DNA of 64,000 nt, taken from contig CM106586.1 of the NCBI GenBank assembly GCA_048013815.1, positions 5,952,001 to 6,016,000 of the forward strand, read 5' to 3'. The position numbers were made by a program, and so were the translations under genes. Positions 1-12,783 of the stretch are shown in pieces. Source of the stretch: Setoptus koraiensis. Lineage: Eukaryota; Animalia; Arthropoda. Position 1 is the first letter of the stretch. Every line of letters starts with the position of its first letter. A model generated the notes under the pieces. That model made no database searches. It was given only the letters and a program-made list of their open reading frames with translations, and was not told the DNA's origin.

Positions 1-419
1 ACAATTCATACTATGTTTGCGTTAGCCGCTATCTGTTGCAACAATCTCACGGTCAATCATAACACAAGGCAGTTGCGCCACAATTAGACGGCCCACAATT
101 GTGTAACTGTGTAACACGCAATTCAGTATAGTTATAGTTTGCGCTAACAAAACGGCAGAGCAAAACGGCTTAGCAATTCACTATATTTACAGCGATATTT
201 ACAACATGGCGCAATATGTTTGTAAACGTGGCATAAAGGCTTGCCAACACGAGCCAGCACGAGCCAACGCGAGCCAGCTGTCATATATATTGCAGTTAAA
301 AGTGCAGTTATATATTGAATGGCAGTTGCACAGATAAGCAAAGTAATAATAATTGTTTGCACAAGCGACCGCTAACTACTTCCGGTCTTGCCTATAACAG
401 CCTGCTGCTCGATAACAGC

Positions 420-448
420 AGCGGCAGCAACAACAACAACAGCAACAA

Positions 449-525
<77 letters not shown>

Positions 526-526
526 C
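420..526. repeat. (CAA)n/(CAACAG)n microsatellite
   Basis: Direct reading of tandem CAACAG hexamers; explains the poly-C, poly-L and NS-repeat ORFs in the track. Confidence 0.95.
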
Positions 527-1349
527 ACTAAAATGTATGCTGCAAAATGGTGGTTGCATAATGTCGCCACTGTTTGGTTGTTTGGTGTGTGTGTGTGTCA
601 CACAAGGTGCGAAGGCAACTAACAGACAAAAGCAATGACAATGCCACCCACACAACAGCTGAGCTGGGGCCCCCTTTGGGGCCATTTGAGTGGCGTGCCT
701 GGCAAAAAAAGTCAAGTCCCGTGCAGAGGCCATCGAGCGTGTGTGTGTGTGTGTGTGTGTTTGTGTTGGTTGGTTGGACAAACTAGCGGCAAGTATGAGC
801 AAGTGGCAACTCAGTCTTAATGAGACACCCAAGCCACTGTTGGAATAGGCACACAACGGGCCCCAATTTGGACGTTAAGTAGGACAGGTAAAGTATTGGC
901 ACGAGCTGGGCACGTTGTAGTCAAGTAGTCACGTTATGCCAAGACACTGTGTGCATGCCAGTGTCACACAAACACTGACAGGGCGCTGACAGTGTTGTTG
1001 TTGTTGTTGCTGCTGCTGTTGCTGCTGCTGTTGCTGCTGCTGCTGTTGCTGCTGCTGTTGTGAGCATAAACACACTGTCAGTGGTGTCGGTGGTGTCAGT
1101 GGTGTGATTTAATTCCTAATGCTCGTCTTAATTCTCGCCACTAACGACACACAACAACGACAACAACCGACCCACATGCACACACCGAGACGCACTTACA
1201 AGGTAACCTAGTTAGGTGGCGCCACTGTTGTTGATGCGACACTCTCATTGTTGACTCATATGATATGGTCACTGCATATCATATGAGTTAACGGCGACAG
1301 TGGCTCGGATATGAGAGACGGCAACATGTTTGCCCGTTCACTTGACACT

Positions 1350-1385
1350 GAAATATCTGCCAGTGTGCACACTGGCAGATATTTC
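1350..1385. other. Perfect 36-bp palindrome
   Basis: gaaatatctgccagtgtgcacactggcagatatttc equals its own reverse complement. Confidence 0.95.
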
Positions 1386-4300
1386 CATTTTGTAGACGCG
1401 AATCGTATGAGACGCCGCAACAAACCGACGCTGGCCAGTGATCGGGCGAAGCACGACGCTGTTGTTGTTATGTCATCACTGGACCCATCAGCTGTAGCAG
1501 TGACAGCTCACCTGTCATTACTTGCCTGACCAGTGCGTCTTGTGCAGCCTGTCAGCCACTGGTGATGCAATTGGCCAGCCAATCAATTGCATCATCATTG
1601 TGCGGTCATCGTTGGTGCGATCTGACGCCTACAGTCTGCATCGTCTAGTGGGCATCGTCTTGTGGGCATCGTCTTGTGGGCATCGTCTTGTGGGCATCGT
1701 CTAGCCTGCATCATTTAGTCTACATCATACACAGTCTAGACGGCAATACACATGCGACAGTGCCGACAGTGCCGACAGCACCGGAAGTGACCGTCAATTG
1801 TCAATTGTGAATTTGGCGGTCATTTGTGCGAGCAAAATATTAGCTATACTGCATTGGCATGTCAGTGTTTACTTTTGGGCCACTGTTAAGCCACCATACC
1901 ATACATTACGTACACTACCTATGTTATGTTACGTAACATCAGCAACATATCGGCGTGACATTGGGCCCGTTATGTTATTGCTATAGCCTAATAGTCGCTA
2001 ATAGTTGCTGTCGGCGACACTGTTAGGCTAAGCAAACGACTGTGGGCCACATAATAAAATATAATACAACAATAATAGCCATGCTCATGTCTCAATGGGT
2101 ACGTCTCAAAAGCAAACAAACAACAATATTCAGTATGTTAACAGGCCAATAACTTGCCAGGTCTCAATAAATGCAATTTGTCGTCTGTGTTGACATGTCT
2201 GAGAAGCAAATTGCTGCAAGTTGTTGCACTTGTCTAGACTGTCTGTAAAATATTGATTAGCGACGAGCAAACAAACTGTTCCCATCTAGACAAACAACAT
2301 TGACAGCAACATTTTTGTTACAAGCGTATATTATGCGTATCTAGTCATATCTGCATGCCGCCTAATTGTGCTAATTGTGTGAGCAATCATATTACTTGCA
2401 ACAATGCATCAATTACATCAATACACGTGTTTGCTCGTGCTCGTTTTTCACCAATTGCCACTACATTGCCAACCATCAAATAAACAAATGTTTGAAATAA
2501 ACGAATGTTTGAAATGTCTTCGCTGGGGCCAAACTCGCGCCAACAATAGTTACTCGTAGTGGCCTCCAGACGGCAACGTTGTAATGAGTTTTATTTTTTA
2601 GTTTGTTTCAGTTTACCTGGCCACAACTCTCAATTTGTGACATTGCACTTGGGTCCCCTTCCGCTCGACCCATTTCAGATGTGAGCGCGATTAAATTGTC
2701 TGAAAATGTTGTTAATGTGAAAATGTCTCCACAGTTTGTGACTAAAAAAATGGCAGCCACTCTCGCAGCTACAAAATAGCAGCAGCAGCACGCATTCTTT
2801 CACGTGTCCGTTTTAATTAAAATTGAAAATTCAATTTGATCAGCATTGTCAGTGTGTCACGTTGCGTTGGTCGCAACAAACAAAATACTGGCTGCACAGG
2901 TGAGCAGCAGCGTGCATGATGTCAAATAAGCCGACTGGCGGCCCAAACTGGAATGTTTTCTCATTGGCCCTACACGAGCCAGCGGTCAGCTTGCTGTCAA
3001 GTGCACCAGATCATCAATATTCGGACAGTAGCACAACAAACACAATCTAACAGACCCACGGACAGACCCAAAGAGAGACAGACAGACGGACGGACGCTTG
3101 ATTGACGGGTGAATTATGTAATAGTTATGTGACAGGCAATTAGTTAATTTTGCCAATGTCAGAATAATAACACATTCATGAGTATTCATTGCGGCACGCA
3201 TTCATGAATACTGGGCGAATAATCGACAGCTACTGACGCGTGAATAATCCAACCAAACAACCGCTACATCTCAATGTATTAATTGCGGCGTACGCCAATC
3301 ATGAATATTTGTGCAAACAATGTGGATATTCACTCGTGAACGCAACAATCGATTGTTGGCAAGCCAGATATTGGCACAAGATTCACGATTGGCGTTGATT
3401 TGTTTCTAATTGAGGCTGCATGCATCTGGCGCACCGTTGGGTATTTGTGGATGGCGTCTAAACAGCAGACGGATAGTCGCGTATAGACGTAGGTGAGTAT
3501 CGTTGGCGAGTATCGTTCGCGTATAGATACGTGAATATAGAGGAGAAGAGTAAGCAGCGAGAAAGGGAGGAGGTTACGCAAGTGAGTAGCACAAATCATG
3601 GCGGCCAAGTAACGCGCTGGCTCGCGTGATCGACGACAAAACAATGGCGCTTGCCGGATAAGTGTCGAAATGTCGGATAATTGGCAAGCACGACTATAAC
3701 GGCGGATAAGGGCGGATAAGGGCGAGCGATAACAAAAGATGAATTGGCACGATAGATACATTTGTCTAATCAGCAGCCGGGGTTAGAGCCACGCTGCTCG
3801 CCAAGGTGCGCTGCTGGGGCCGTCGGGGGATCATACACAAATACGTTTTGACATGTTGTTGAGCCTGTAATTATCTTGAGCGAGACAACGGCGTTGTTTT
3901 GGTCGTTTTGTGTATGCTGATACGATACGCGATGCAAGCGGCGCCTAGCAGCAGATTATGTGTAGTTGTTGTTGCCGTTGTTGCGGTTGTTGCTGTTGTT
4001 GCTGTTGCTGGCGTTGTTGCTGTTGCTGCTGTTGCTGCTGTTGTTGCTGTTGTTGAGAGACTGGCCATATTGTCTGGCGTGTCGCTGTTTGCGGAACAGC
4101 CAGCCAGAACAGGTGCGAGGGGCGACATTACAAAGACGATGAGTCATTTTCGCATGGCCACGCCGCAACGGGGCCCCTCGTTGATACCGAGTCAGCGCGA
4201 CTGAGTCGGCGATACTGAGTCAGCACGGCACGAGTATATGTGCGGATCTGAGGTGGATATGTGCGCGGGTATGGCACGGATATGGCACAGATATGGCGTG

Positions 4301-6642
4301 CATATAGCGCGTATATGGCGCGTATGGAACGTAAATAAGCGGAACAGCGGGATTAGGCAACGGTATTGTTGCGCAATGTAGCATGCTGGGCCGCCGCCGC
4401 GTCGCTCAACTAACTAGTTGTAAGCGTGCCCGTTATAAAAATGACACAGGGCACAGGTGAGCGGCCGGCCAAGATCGATGGGTGCGCGCGCGAGCGGATG
4501 CAGTTGTCGCAATTGCGCTGTTGCTGTTGCGCCAATTTGCCAACAGCTTGCCGGCTCGTTGCACAGGTGACTCATGAGAGGTGAGCGCGGGCCCAACAGA
4601 TAACTCACAACTACTGTTGGGTGAGACTTAAAAATGGTGGCCACCAGCGCCGGTGTGTCTCTGGCGAAACGGGGCACACAAAATTTGTGTTTGTGCCACA
4701 AATTGATAAGTTCAACACTGGGCGCATACTTTACATGTAAAGTCGCATTGGGCAGCGGCCAGCGAGCAACAACGACGCGCCCAATATCCAATATCTGAGT
4801 GGTTGTGAGGGGCCCCAGCGAGACCAGATGAACGGTGAAAGAATTATTGTTGTTGTGCCTGGCGCAGGGACAAATCGCCTGAAACATGCGCGTCAGCGAG
4901 CGGCCCGCCGAGAAAAGGAGAAACCATCATTAATTACGCCAGTTCCTCTCAATAACCAATGCGCGCCACGTGTAAGCCGGCGCTCACCTTGGCGCTCGCC
5001 TAATGATAATACTTTCTATCTGGCGCTGCCAATAATACTGGCTAAATTCACTCGGAACTGGCTCACAATGTTGTTAGATAGACGGGCCGGGCCGGGACAG
5101 CAATCAATGGTCAGTAACGGGCAACAACAATCTAGCGCATCTCGTTGTTGTCCGAATGCGCGCTTTATTATTGCAAAAGTGGTAACGGGCGGTCTCATTA
5201 CTCGACTTATTGCCGGGATATTATTCACGGGAGCCGCGCACTGTGGCCACTATTAGAGGCGAAAACTGCTCATATTGAGCCAGTCTTGCATAGAATGTAT
5301 TAATGGCAGCAACAACGCCCTTACACTGTGTTCCTCCGATAATAATACTCGCGCCGCGCTGGTTAGACGTGCGACTGTCGCGTGGGCCTCTCCGTGGGCC
5401 CCTACGGCCCACAGACTATGGGGCCTCATAGAGGCCTCATAGTCTATGAGCCGCGTGGGCTCTATGGGGCGGCCATCGGTTTGGCCGTGTTTGCACGAGA
5501 CACACCGACGAGCCCTCTGGCTGTACGCCGAAAACCTGGCCGGTTGGCTGGTTGGCTGGCTGGCTGGCTGGCAGCGAGCGCCGGCGAGCAGCAAATGACA
5601 AAACGATTGCCCCTTGCCCGCGCCACTAATGGACTTCTGCTTCGACGGTCCCCCCTCCCCCATCCCCGAACAGACGAGCGCCAGACACTGACAATTGTCG
5701 GCGCAGTTTGCACTCACATCCAGTCGGCAGCGACTTCTCCGACAACGCACAACAATCACCTTTGTTTGCTGCTGTGCGGCTCGCTGCGATATGAGGCCGC
5801 CGCTAGTTTGGCGATATGAGGCCGCCGCTGGTTTAGTCAGCTGTCTATACTGGTAGTATGATACTAGTGGGGCATAATACTACAGGTGAGCAGCGGGCAT
5901 ATTGCTGGTGTGTGCGATATGTGTCACAGCGGCCACACAAACCGAGGGCCCGATTGTGTCAGTGGGGCCCCTGCCGCACACAACAGCGACTTTTTTCGCT
6001 GTCGGCTGCTCACAGTCTGCGAGTTACAGTCTGCGAGTTACAGACTGTAAGTTACAAACTGTAAGTTACAAACTGTAAGTTACGGGTAAATAGAATAGAT
6101 GGCGTAAATAGCCAGATATGCACTCGCCAACACACGCCGTTTCCGTCACCCATCAAACAATCTAGCCAACACACAAACACGAGCAACAAACCGGAAGTTG
6201 GCTGCTCGCTGCGCAGCTCAAATGTCGCGTGCAATTGGCGTGTGTGTGTGTCAGTTTTGTTTTGCATAGGCGGCCGATCGGGGCCAGTCACGGCAAGTCA
6301 CAGTTAATCGATGAAATAAAACGATTGCTACAGCCAGTCAGCGGCATACGATTGTGCGATATTTGAACAATTTCGACAGTGGCCCCCGAACACACCTGAC
6401 ACTCGTAAGACAATGAAACAATTGGCCGGGCGCAAGCGGTCAATTTGTCGCCGTGGCTCGGTGATATTCGCGCATTTCGACCAGTGATCCGACGATGTGT
6501 CCGATGAATGCGATGCGAATGTGCGCACATTTGTGTGTGTGTGTGTGTCGTGCCAATGCGCGATCGCTACCCACAAGTTGTGAGTCTGAGTAACTCAGAT
6601 GAGCGATGCCACCAATGAGCACTCACCATACCAATACCGCAC

Positions 6643-6684
<42 letters not shown>

Positions 6685-7366
6685 AGCGCACATATCCGCT
6701 CATTACATAATAATAAGCAGATAATAGATAATAATAGAGTGAGACCATTCTCAAGATGCCACTAAGTGCGGGGGCGGCGGTGGGCGATCATGGGCACAGA
6801 AGCGATAGTTTTGCGAATCATCATAGCCGCGATATCCACAATTGAATAGCGACCACAATTAGGCACATACGCGGTCTTGGCCCCCCCCCCCCGCACACAC
6901 ACACCTACACACAAACCTCCGTGATGTGATATATTGATGATGGATGAAAAACAAACAATGCCCACCATTATCATGTCTATTATCGTGCCTATCATCGGCT
7001 GCGTCATCGGGCGCCCGTTACCCGTTGCCCGTTGCTCGTCGTGCGCTGCCCGTTGGCCGGCAGCCGCTAGCGGGTGCCCGTTGCAGCAAGTATTGCGTAA
7101 AGGGGCGCCGATGCAATAAGTAATACACACAATAAGCAATACATACGGCGAGTAGGCAGCACAATCAGTAACAACAGTGCAACGTACTCTAGCGCAATGT
7201 GCGCCGGCTTATCTCACGGGGGCCGGGCCAACGAGGGCCAGGCCTCAATCTCAGAAAGAAAAAACTCATAAAAATACATAATGGAATATCCATATAAATT
7301 CATGAATATCAACAACATCATCATCAACGTATCAACGAGCGACTAAACATATAATAATGATGATGC

Positions 7367-7415
7367 CCAAAAATGGGGCCTCTATGGCTGCCGGCCATAG
7401 AGGCCCCATTTTTGG
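7367..7415. other. Inverted repeat: 22-bp perfect stem, 5-nt loop
   Basis: ccaaaaatggggcctctatggc-tgccg-gccatagaggccccatttttgg. Confidence 0.9.
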
Positions 7416-9541
7416 CTAGCTTGACGCGACGGCAACTCGGCAGCAACCATTTTTGCCCTATTCATATTCACACAAAACACACATGATACATGATACTTGC
7501 AAAGAGCAAGCGGCCGAGGTATCCGCGCCAAGCAATTTACTTAATGGACATATGATGGCAATAACATATACACATCGTGTAATGTTGTTGCCGGCGGTTT
7601 TGTGTAGCTTGCAACTTGCAACTTGTAACACTGTGAACAACAAAAGAATCATTATAATCTCCAATACTCGCAATCCTCTTAAATTATCTTTTAGTGAATT
7701 CTTTTTCACCGTTCTCGGCCAAGATAGCGGCACAAGTATCGATTCTTCGCAACCGCAACACGCACACTTATGTGTGGATAAATCTCGAATTATGTGCTAG
7801 CGACAACATAATCGCCGGTTAGGACTGGCAAATGGGACGCACTTTTCCGTTTTCCGTTTTGTTAGCCCGTTTTCGCCAGTGCAAATCGGTCACAGGATCA
7901 TTTTCGATAACAGTTGAGAAAATTTTCAAATTTCTCAGCATCAATATAAAGCTTAATTTGAGAAATGCATCAAGTGACGCTCTTGGTGACGTCTGGTCGA
8001 AGCGTCATGATTCATGGTTGTGGCGTCATGATTAAAAATTGCCAATTTCAGTTTCTCAGCAAATATCGCGATTGGGTGTTTTCCCTGGAAACAGGGTTCG
8101 GAAACCATCAGGGCAGCACATCTGGGCAGATTCGGTGAAAGTGCAACAAATTTGACAAACTCCCAGTGTTTTTACTGGGGAAACATTCCGGTTCTGAAGT
8201 GATTTTGCTGCACCTGATGATGTCATAACGAACATGACTGAATCAATTAATGTAATTCAATTTAATTTGAGACATCGGCGACGGACACGTCGAGCAACGA
8301 ACCACTGGAAACAATCGACGCAATGGCATCAACTGACTAATAATAATTGGTTGCGAGCCTCAATGATACGCTTCTCGTTGTAGCAAGAAATTGCTCGAAA
8401 TGCAATGGGAAAAACATTCATGAGCCTGTACGGCTTTAAAGCACTTTTCGCAAAAAATAATGAGCCCATGAATGCGGCTCACATTCGATACAAATAGCCT
8501 ACAGGCTTATATCAATGGTGTGGGCCCCTCGTTTCGAGTGAGGGATTATATTATTATTGTTATTATTGGCATAAGGGGGCGCGCTATTCATGAGGCTAAT
8601 TATGACCATTCACTGCTTCATTAGTGATGCCAATAATTGGATTGTGCCAGTGGCTTGCACGCCATTCAATTTACTTTGTCACAATTGAATGGAATCTCAC
8701 ACAATTCAGCTGGGTAATGGCGTGCAATCAACTCAGAGCTGACCGGACTGAACCTAAACGAAACAGGCGATAAAATGGCGGCGCCCGAAAAAGTTTATTC
8801 TCTGTGCCGGCCGAGAGAATCTCTAAAGCGAAAGAGTGCATGTCATCAATATGCAGGCCTGATCATTATCATTATGATTATTGTTGTTGTCAAAATGCGA
8901 GCTTGTGCTATATATAGCCCAGAGGGTGAGTGGCTGGCAAATTGCAAATACTCGACTGTGTCACGTTTGTTTCAATTATCAGTGAGGCCCGGGGCGCCCG
9001 AAGCGAAAAATATCCCGACAAGTATTATTCATATTGCTAACCGATATGATGAATCGATGGCTGTTGTGCGCCCAATGGAAAGCCATCGAAAATGTGTCGG
9101 TCGACGTTGGCGTCAGTGGCGGGCCGGGCGCCCCATCGGCCAGGCAATATTGTGCCCGTATAAATCATCACCTGAGGCACAGGAAATGATTGCGCCCCGG
9201 CTGATAGCTTGAACTTGAGGCCAACTGTGTGCGCAGCATGACACTTGCCCGCTGGCTCACCTTGACAAACGAATGCAAACAATATTACAGCAACAAGATT
9301 AATCAATGGCCATCTGTGACATAACACAATGAAATGAACTTGAGAGAATAAGAATGAGCCAGTGCAAATGACCGGTGTCATTGAACCGTCACAGTTATAT
9401 CACAGTTATATATTGATAATAGTGCAAAAACAACAATAGAGAGAAACGAAAAACGTCACATGAACAAACGGAAGTGACGCAACAACAAACAAACAGTACA
9501 GTACAGTACAGTACAGTGCAATGCAATGCAATGTTACTCAC

Positions 9542-11663
9542 TTGGAAATTGTCCATAGAGGAAACGCTGTATGAGCGACGTTTTGCCCACTGCCGACGAG
9601 CCAAATATTATCAACTTGTAAGTGCGATTGTGGTCTTGACAGAGGCCCAACGAGGCCGACGAGGAGTTGTTGATGTTGTTATTTGTTTGATGGTGGCCTA
9701 ATTGTTGTTGTTGTTGTTTTGTTTTGCTACTTTGGCCGCTATATCTGTTAGTTAAAAAGGAGATGCTGTGATTGCTGTTGCTGGCCGACGAGTGACCACT
9801 GTCCAGTTTTGTGGCCGATGATGCATTCTTGATGGAGGATTGGAAGCCCTTCTTGAAAAAGAAACCCTGCTCGCCGTTGCTGTTCTGCTGGCTGCAACTG
9901 TGCTGCTGATACTGATTAGAGGCGCTAGAGCCAAGCTTGAGCTTGTTGAGTATATTGGGGCCCCCGCTCAAATTATTGCTTGTTGATTGTTTGTTGTATG
10001 CGTGATGTTTGTTAAAGTTGTTGCTGTTGCTTGCATTCAATGGGGCCGTGCTAACGGACATGGCACGCCGGAGATCGTGCGGAGTGGAGCCAAGCCGAAG
10101 GCGACGCCTTCGTGTCTTGTAGGCCAGATCGTCCAAAATACTGAGACGCCTTTGTTGTTGTTCGTTGTCGTCGTCGCCGGCTTGATCGTTGTCGTCGCCA
10201 TTCATGCGCTCAATGTCGTCCTCATATCCGGTTTGATTGGCGGCTTGATGGGTGTCGTTGTCGTCGACGGCATTGTAATCAATGTTGTCATCTTCGAATG
10301 TTCCGTTGTCGTTGTAAGACGAGCTTGTTGTTGTTGTTGTGGCGTTGGGCGAATAATTAATTGACACAGACGAACTGCTATGCTGATGATGATTGTGCTC
10401 ATCCATGGACTGATTGGACTTGCCCCGCTGCCTGACCCAGTGGCTCTGCTTGAAACGCATCAAATCCTTCAGTATGGAGCCCCGTTTTTGGCCGGCGGCC
10501 TCTGCGGCCTCTTGGCGTACCTGTTCGGCTATTTTGGCCTGATGTTTTGCCTGCAAAGACGCCAAAATGGTGCAATCGTCCAGCTGACTGGTTGTTGGCA
10601 GCGAGCTTCGGCTGGCCTGGCGACCGGCCTGTTGTTGTTGTTGTTGTTGTTGTTTCTTCATGTTTGATTCTATGCCAATGTTATTGTTGTTGTCGTTATT
10701 ATCGGCGCTTATGTTTGATTTGCTGTCCGCCGCGTTTATCTGGCTATTGGATGAGCCTAAATCAAACATTCGCGCGCCAGCCTTAGAACCGCGTCTAATT
10801 GCCTTGTTGAGCATGCCAGATATGCTAGATTTTCTGCCTGGGGGGAAAATTGTTGTTGTTGGCTGATAGTGATGGTCGCCACTACCACCAACGGTGTCAA
10901 TGTCGTCGCTGGCCAGCGCTGTTGAGCTAATATTGACATTTTGATGCGACGACGAGGCGCTTGTTGGTTGCTGCTGATAATTCAAGAACGACGCCAAACT
11001 AGAGCTCAGGCCGCTACTTTGATTGGCCGAACTTGTAAAATTCAAACTAAACTTTCTGCGATTCTTAAATGGTTTCACTTTTTCACTTTCCTCTTCCAAT
11101 TGCTGCTGCTGTTGCTGATGATGGTGATGATAGTAATTCCGCTGATGTTGGCTCTGCATTCTGTTCAGTTGCTGTTGTTGTTGCGATATTATGTCGCAAA
11201 ATATCTTTTCTACGTTGCTTTCGTCGTCGTCTTCGTCGTCGTTGTTGTTGTTGCTGTTATCGTCCTTGCCTGACACATTTTGCAGTGACGATTCTAATTG
11301 GCGCTGCTTGTTTTTGCCTGCTGCCGCTTGTTGTCTCGATTCTTGGCTAGACGCCGATCCGCCGAGCGCCAATTGTGACGATTGCTTGCCAATAGAAGAA
11401 TTGCGACTAGACATCGCTGGACTGCCCATTGGCGACGACACTACCTGGATGGGCGATGCTTTGCCAGGCTTTGACGCCGATCTCATCGGGCTCAATGGCG
11501 ATGGTGAGGCCGAAGACGAGGTGTACCAGCGAGTGCCGGTGGTGCTAATGGTGTTGGTTGTGGGCGACACCGAACGCGTTCCGTCGGCAGGTGTCTGTTG
11601 TTGTTGATTATTCATGATTTTAAATAGGCCCGCGTGGCCGAGAATGTCCTCGTCCTTATTCAT
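9542..11663 (-). CDS. First coding exon of a Ras-family small GTPase (RASD/Rhes/Di-Ras-like) with ~680-aa low-complexity N-terminal extension; downstream exons not located
   Basis: ORF ends in [28 protein letters not shown] (beta1 + P-loop GxxxxGKT), then a canonical phase-1 donor A|GTGAGT at 9541. First ATG (MNKDEDIL) at 11663. G2-G5 exons not found in the window. Confidence 0.75.
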
Positions 11664-12783
11664 TGCTCGGGCGTGCAGCTCAACGGGCCTCAATCGAGAT
11701 ACTGTTGTCGCGTCGGCAGACAAGACTATTCTACTGGTTTCCGAATGATAGTTGCGACAGTTCCGTGGCACTCAAACAGCAGCAAATGCAAGAAGTATCC
11801 AGTCGATTGAGGGGTACTAATTCAATCCCATCAGAGTGGTATGGCTTATCTTCTCTTGTTCGCTTGCCTTGCCAGCCTTGATTTGATTTCGATAATTCTA
11901 TCTGTTATAATGACAACTACTTTTCAGCGTAGCTAACTTTTTGGTTATCTGACTACTACTGTTACGGCGATACACAATGGCACATATCATGAATTGCTGT
12001 CGCACTCATAAATCAACGACAGTTATGAATGCGTTTACGCGTGGTTGTTGCAATTTTTTGTAAATTGTGGCAAATTTGGCGATTGGAACTTGGCATCGGT
12101 GATATTGTTGTTCAATATTTGCATATGTGGTAATGATAATAATAAGTTACTTCTCGGTTGCTTGTTGTGCAGCATCTGATCAAACACACTAATAGATAAT
12201 AATGTCATTCATGACGATAACGAAAAGAAATATGATATATAACATCACTGCAATCGAATGGAAACATACATACAGAGACGTAAACTGTTTAGTAACTTGT
12301 TTTGACAATGGTTTATTTTTGGCAAAAAACTTTAAGCTCCGACAAACAATTGGTCTCCCTTTCTCCGACTGTGACAATTGTTCATTGAGTGAGACAAACA
12401 ACAACAACGACAATATACAGTAATAGCGATGATAGTCAAAAAACACATTGCATAAGAGTTTGTGATGATCGTTCCAAAGTCGAAAGCAAACTAACTCCAT
12501 ACAAACATGACAACGTGGCTCTATAGAGCAAAATTGCCCGTGCTCGCTATTGTTAGGTAAGATAAAGAGAATAACGGCGCAACTCTTTCACAACACATGC
12601 GCCTTTCAGTGGGCCCCATTTCCACCATTGGAACCCAGCACTACCGTTACCATACACGATGCCTATTGGGCCGCCATCTAATGACTGAGTGAATCAAGTC
12701 TCTGAGTTTCCACCAATGGAAATATTTTGCCTCACAAAGGACGGAAAAATACACAGGTAAATGTATTTATGTTGACATCATCA

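Noticed and set aside
315-856. ORFs with poly-C, poly-L and NS repeats
   Set aside because: Translations of a CAACAG microsatellite; no real coding signal.
2617-2699. Phase-compatible minus-strand AG..GT segment as exon 2 of the Ras-like gene
   Set aside because: Translates to NLIALTSEMGRAEGDPSAMSQIESCGQ, with no switch-I or G3 similarity.
3330-3761. ERYSPTI resembling the Ras effector loop
   Set aside because: Arises from a local gatactc duplication, lacks the following ED and DTxG motifs, and has no suitable acceptor.
7880-8245. U3 or C/D-box snoRNA (caggatcattt ... tgatga ... ctga)
   Set aside because: Box spacing is wrong and boxes B/C' are absent.
9752-11607. Many short antisense or alternate-frame ORFs over the GTPase exon (also over the SLC22, mucin, eve and PAT1 CDSs)
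   Set aside because: Shadow ORFs of low-complexity coding sequence.
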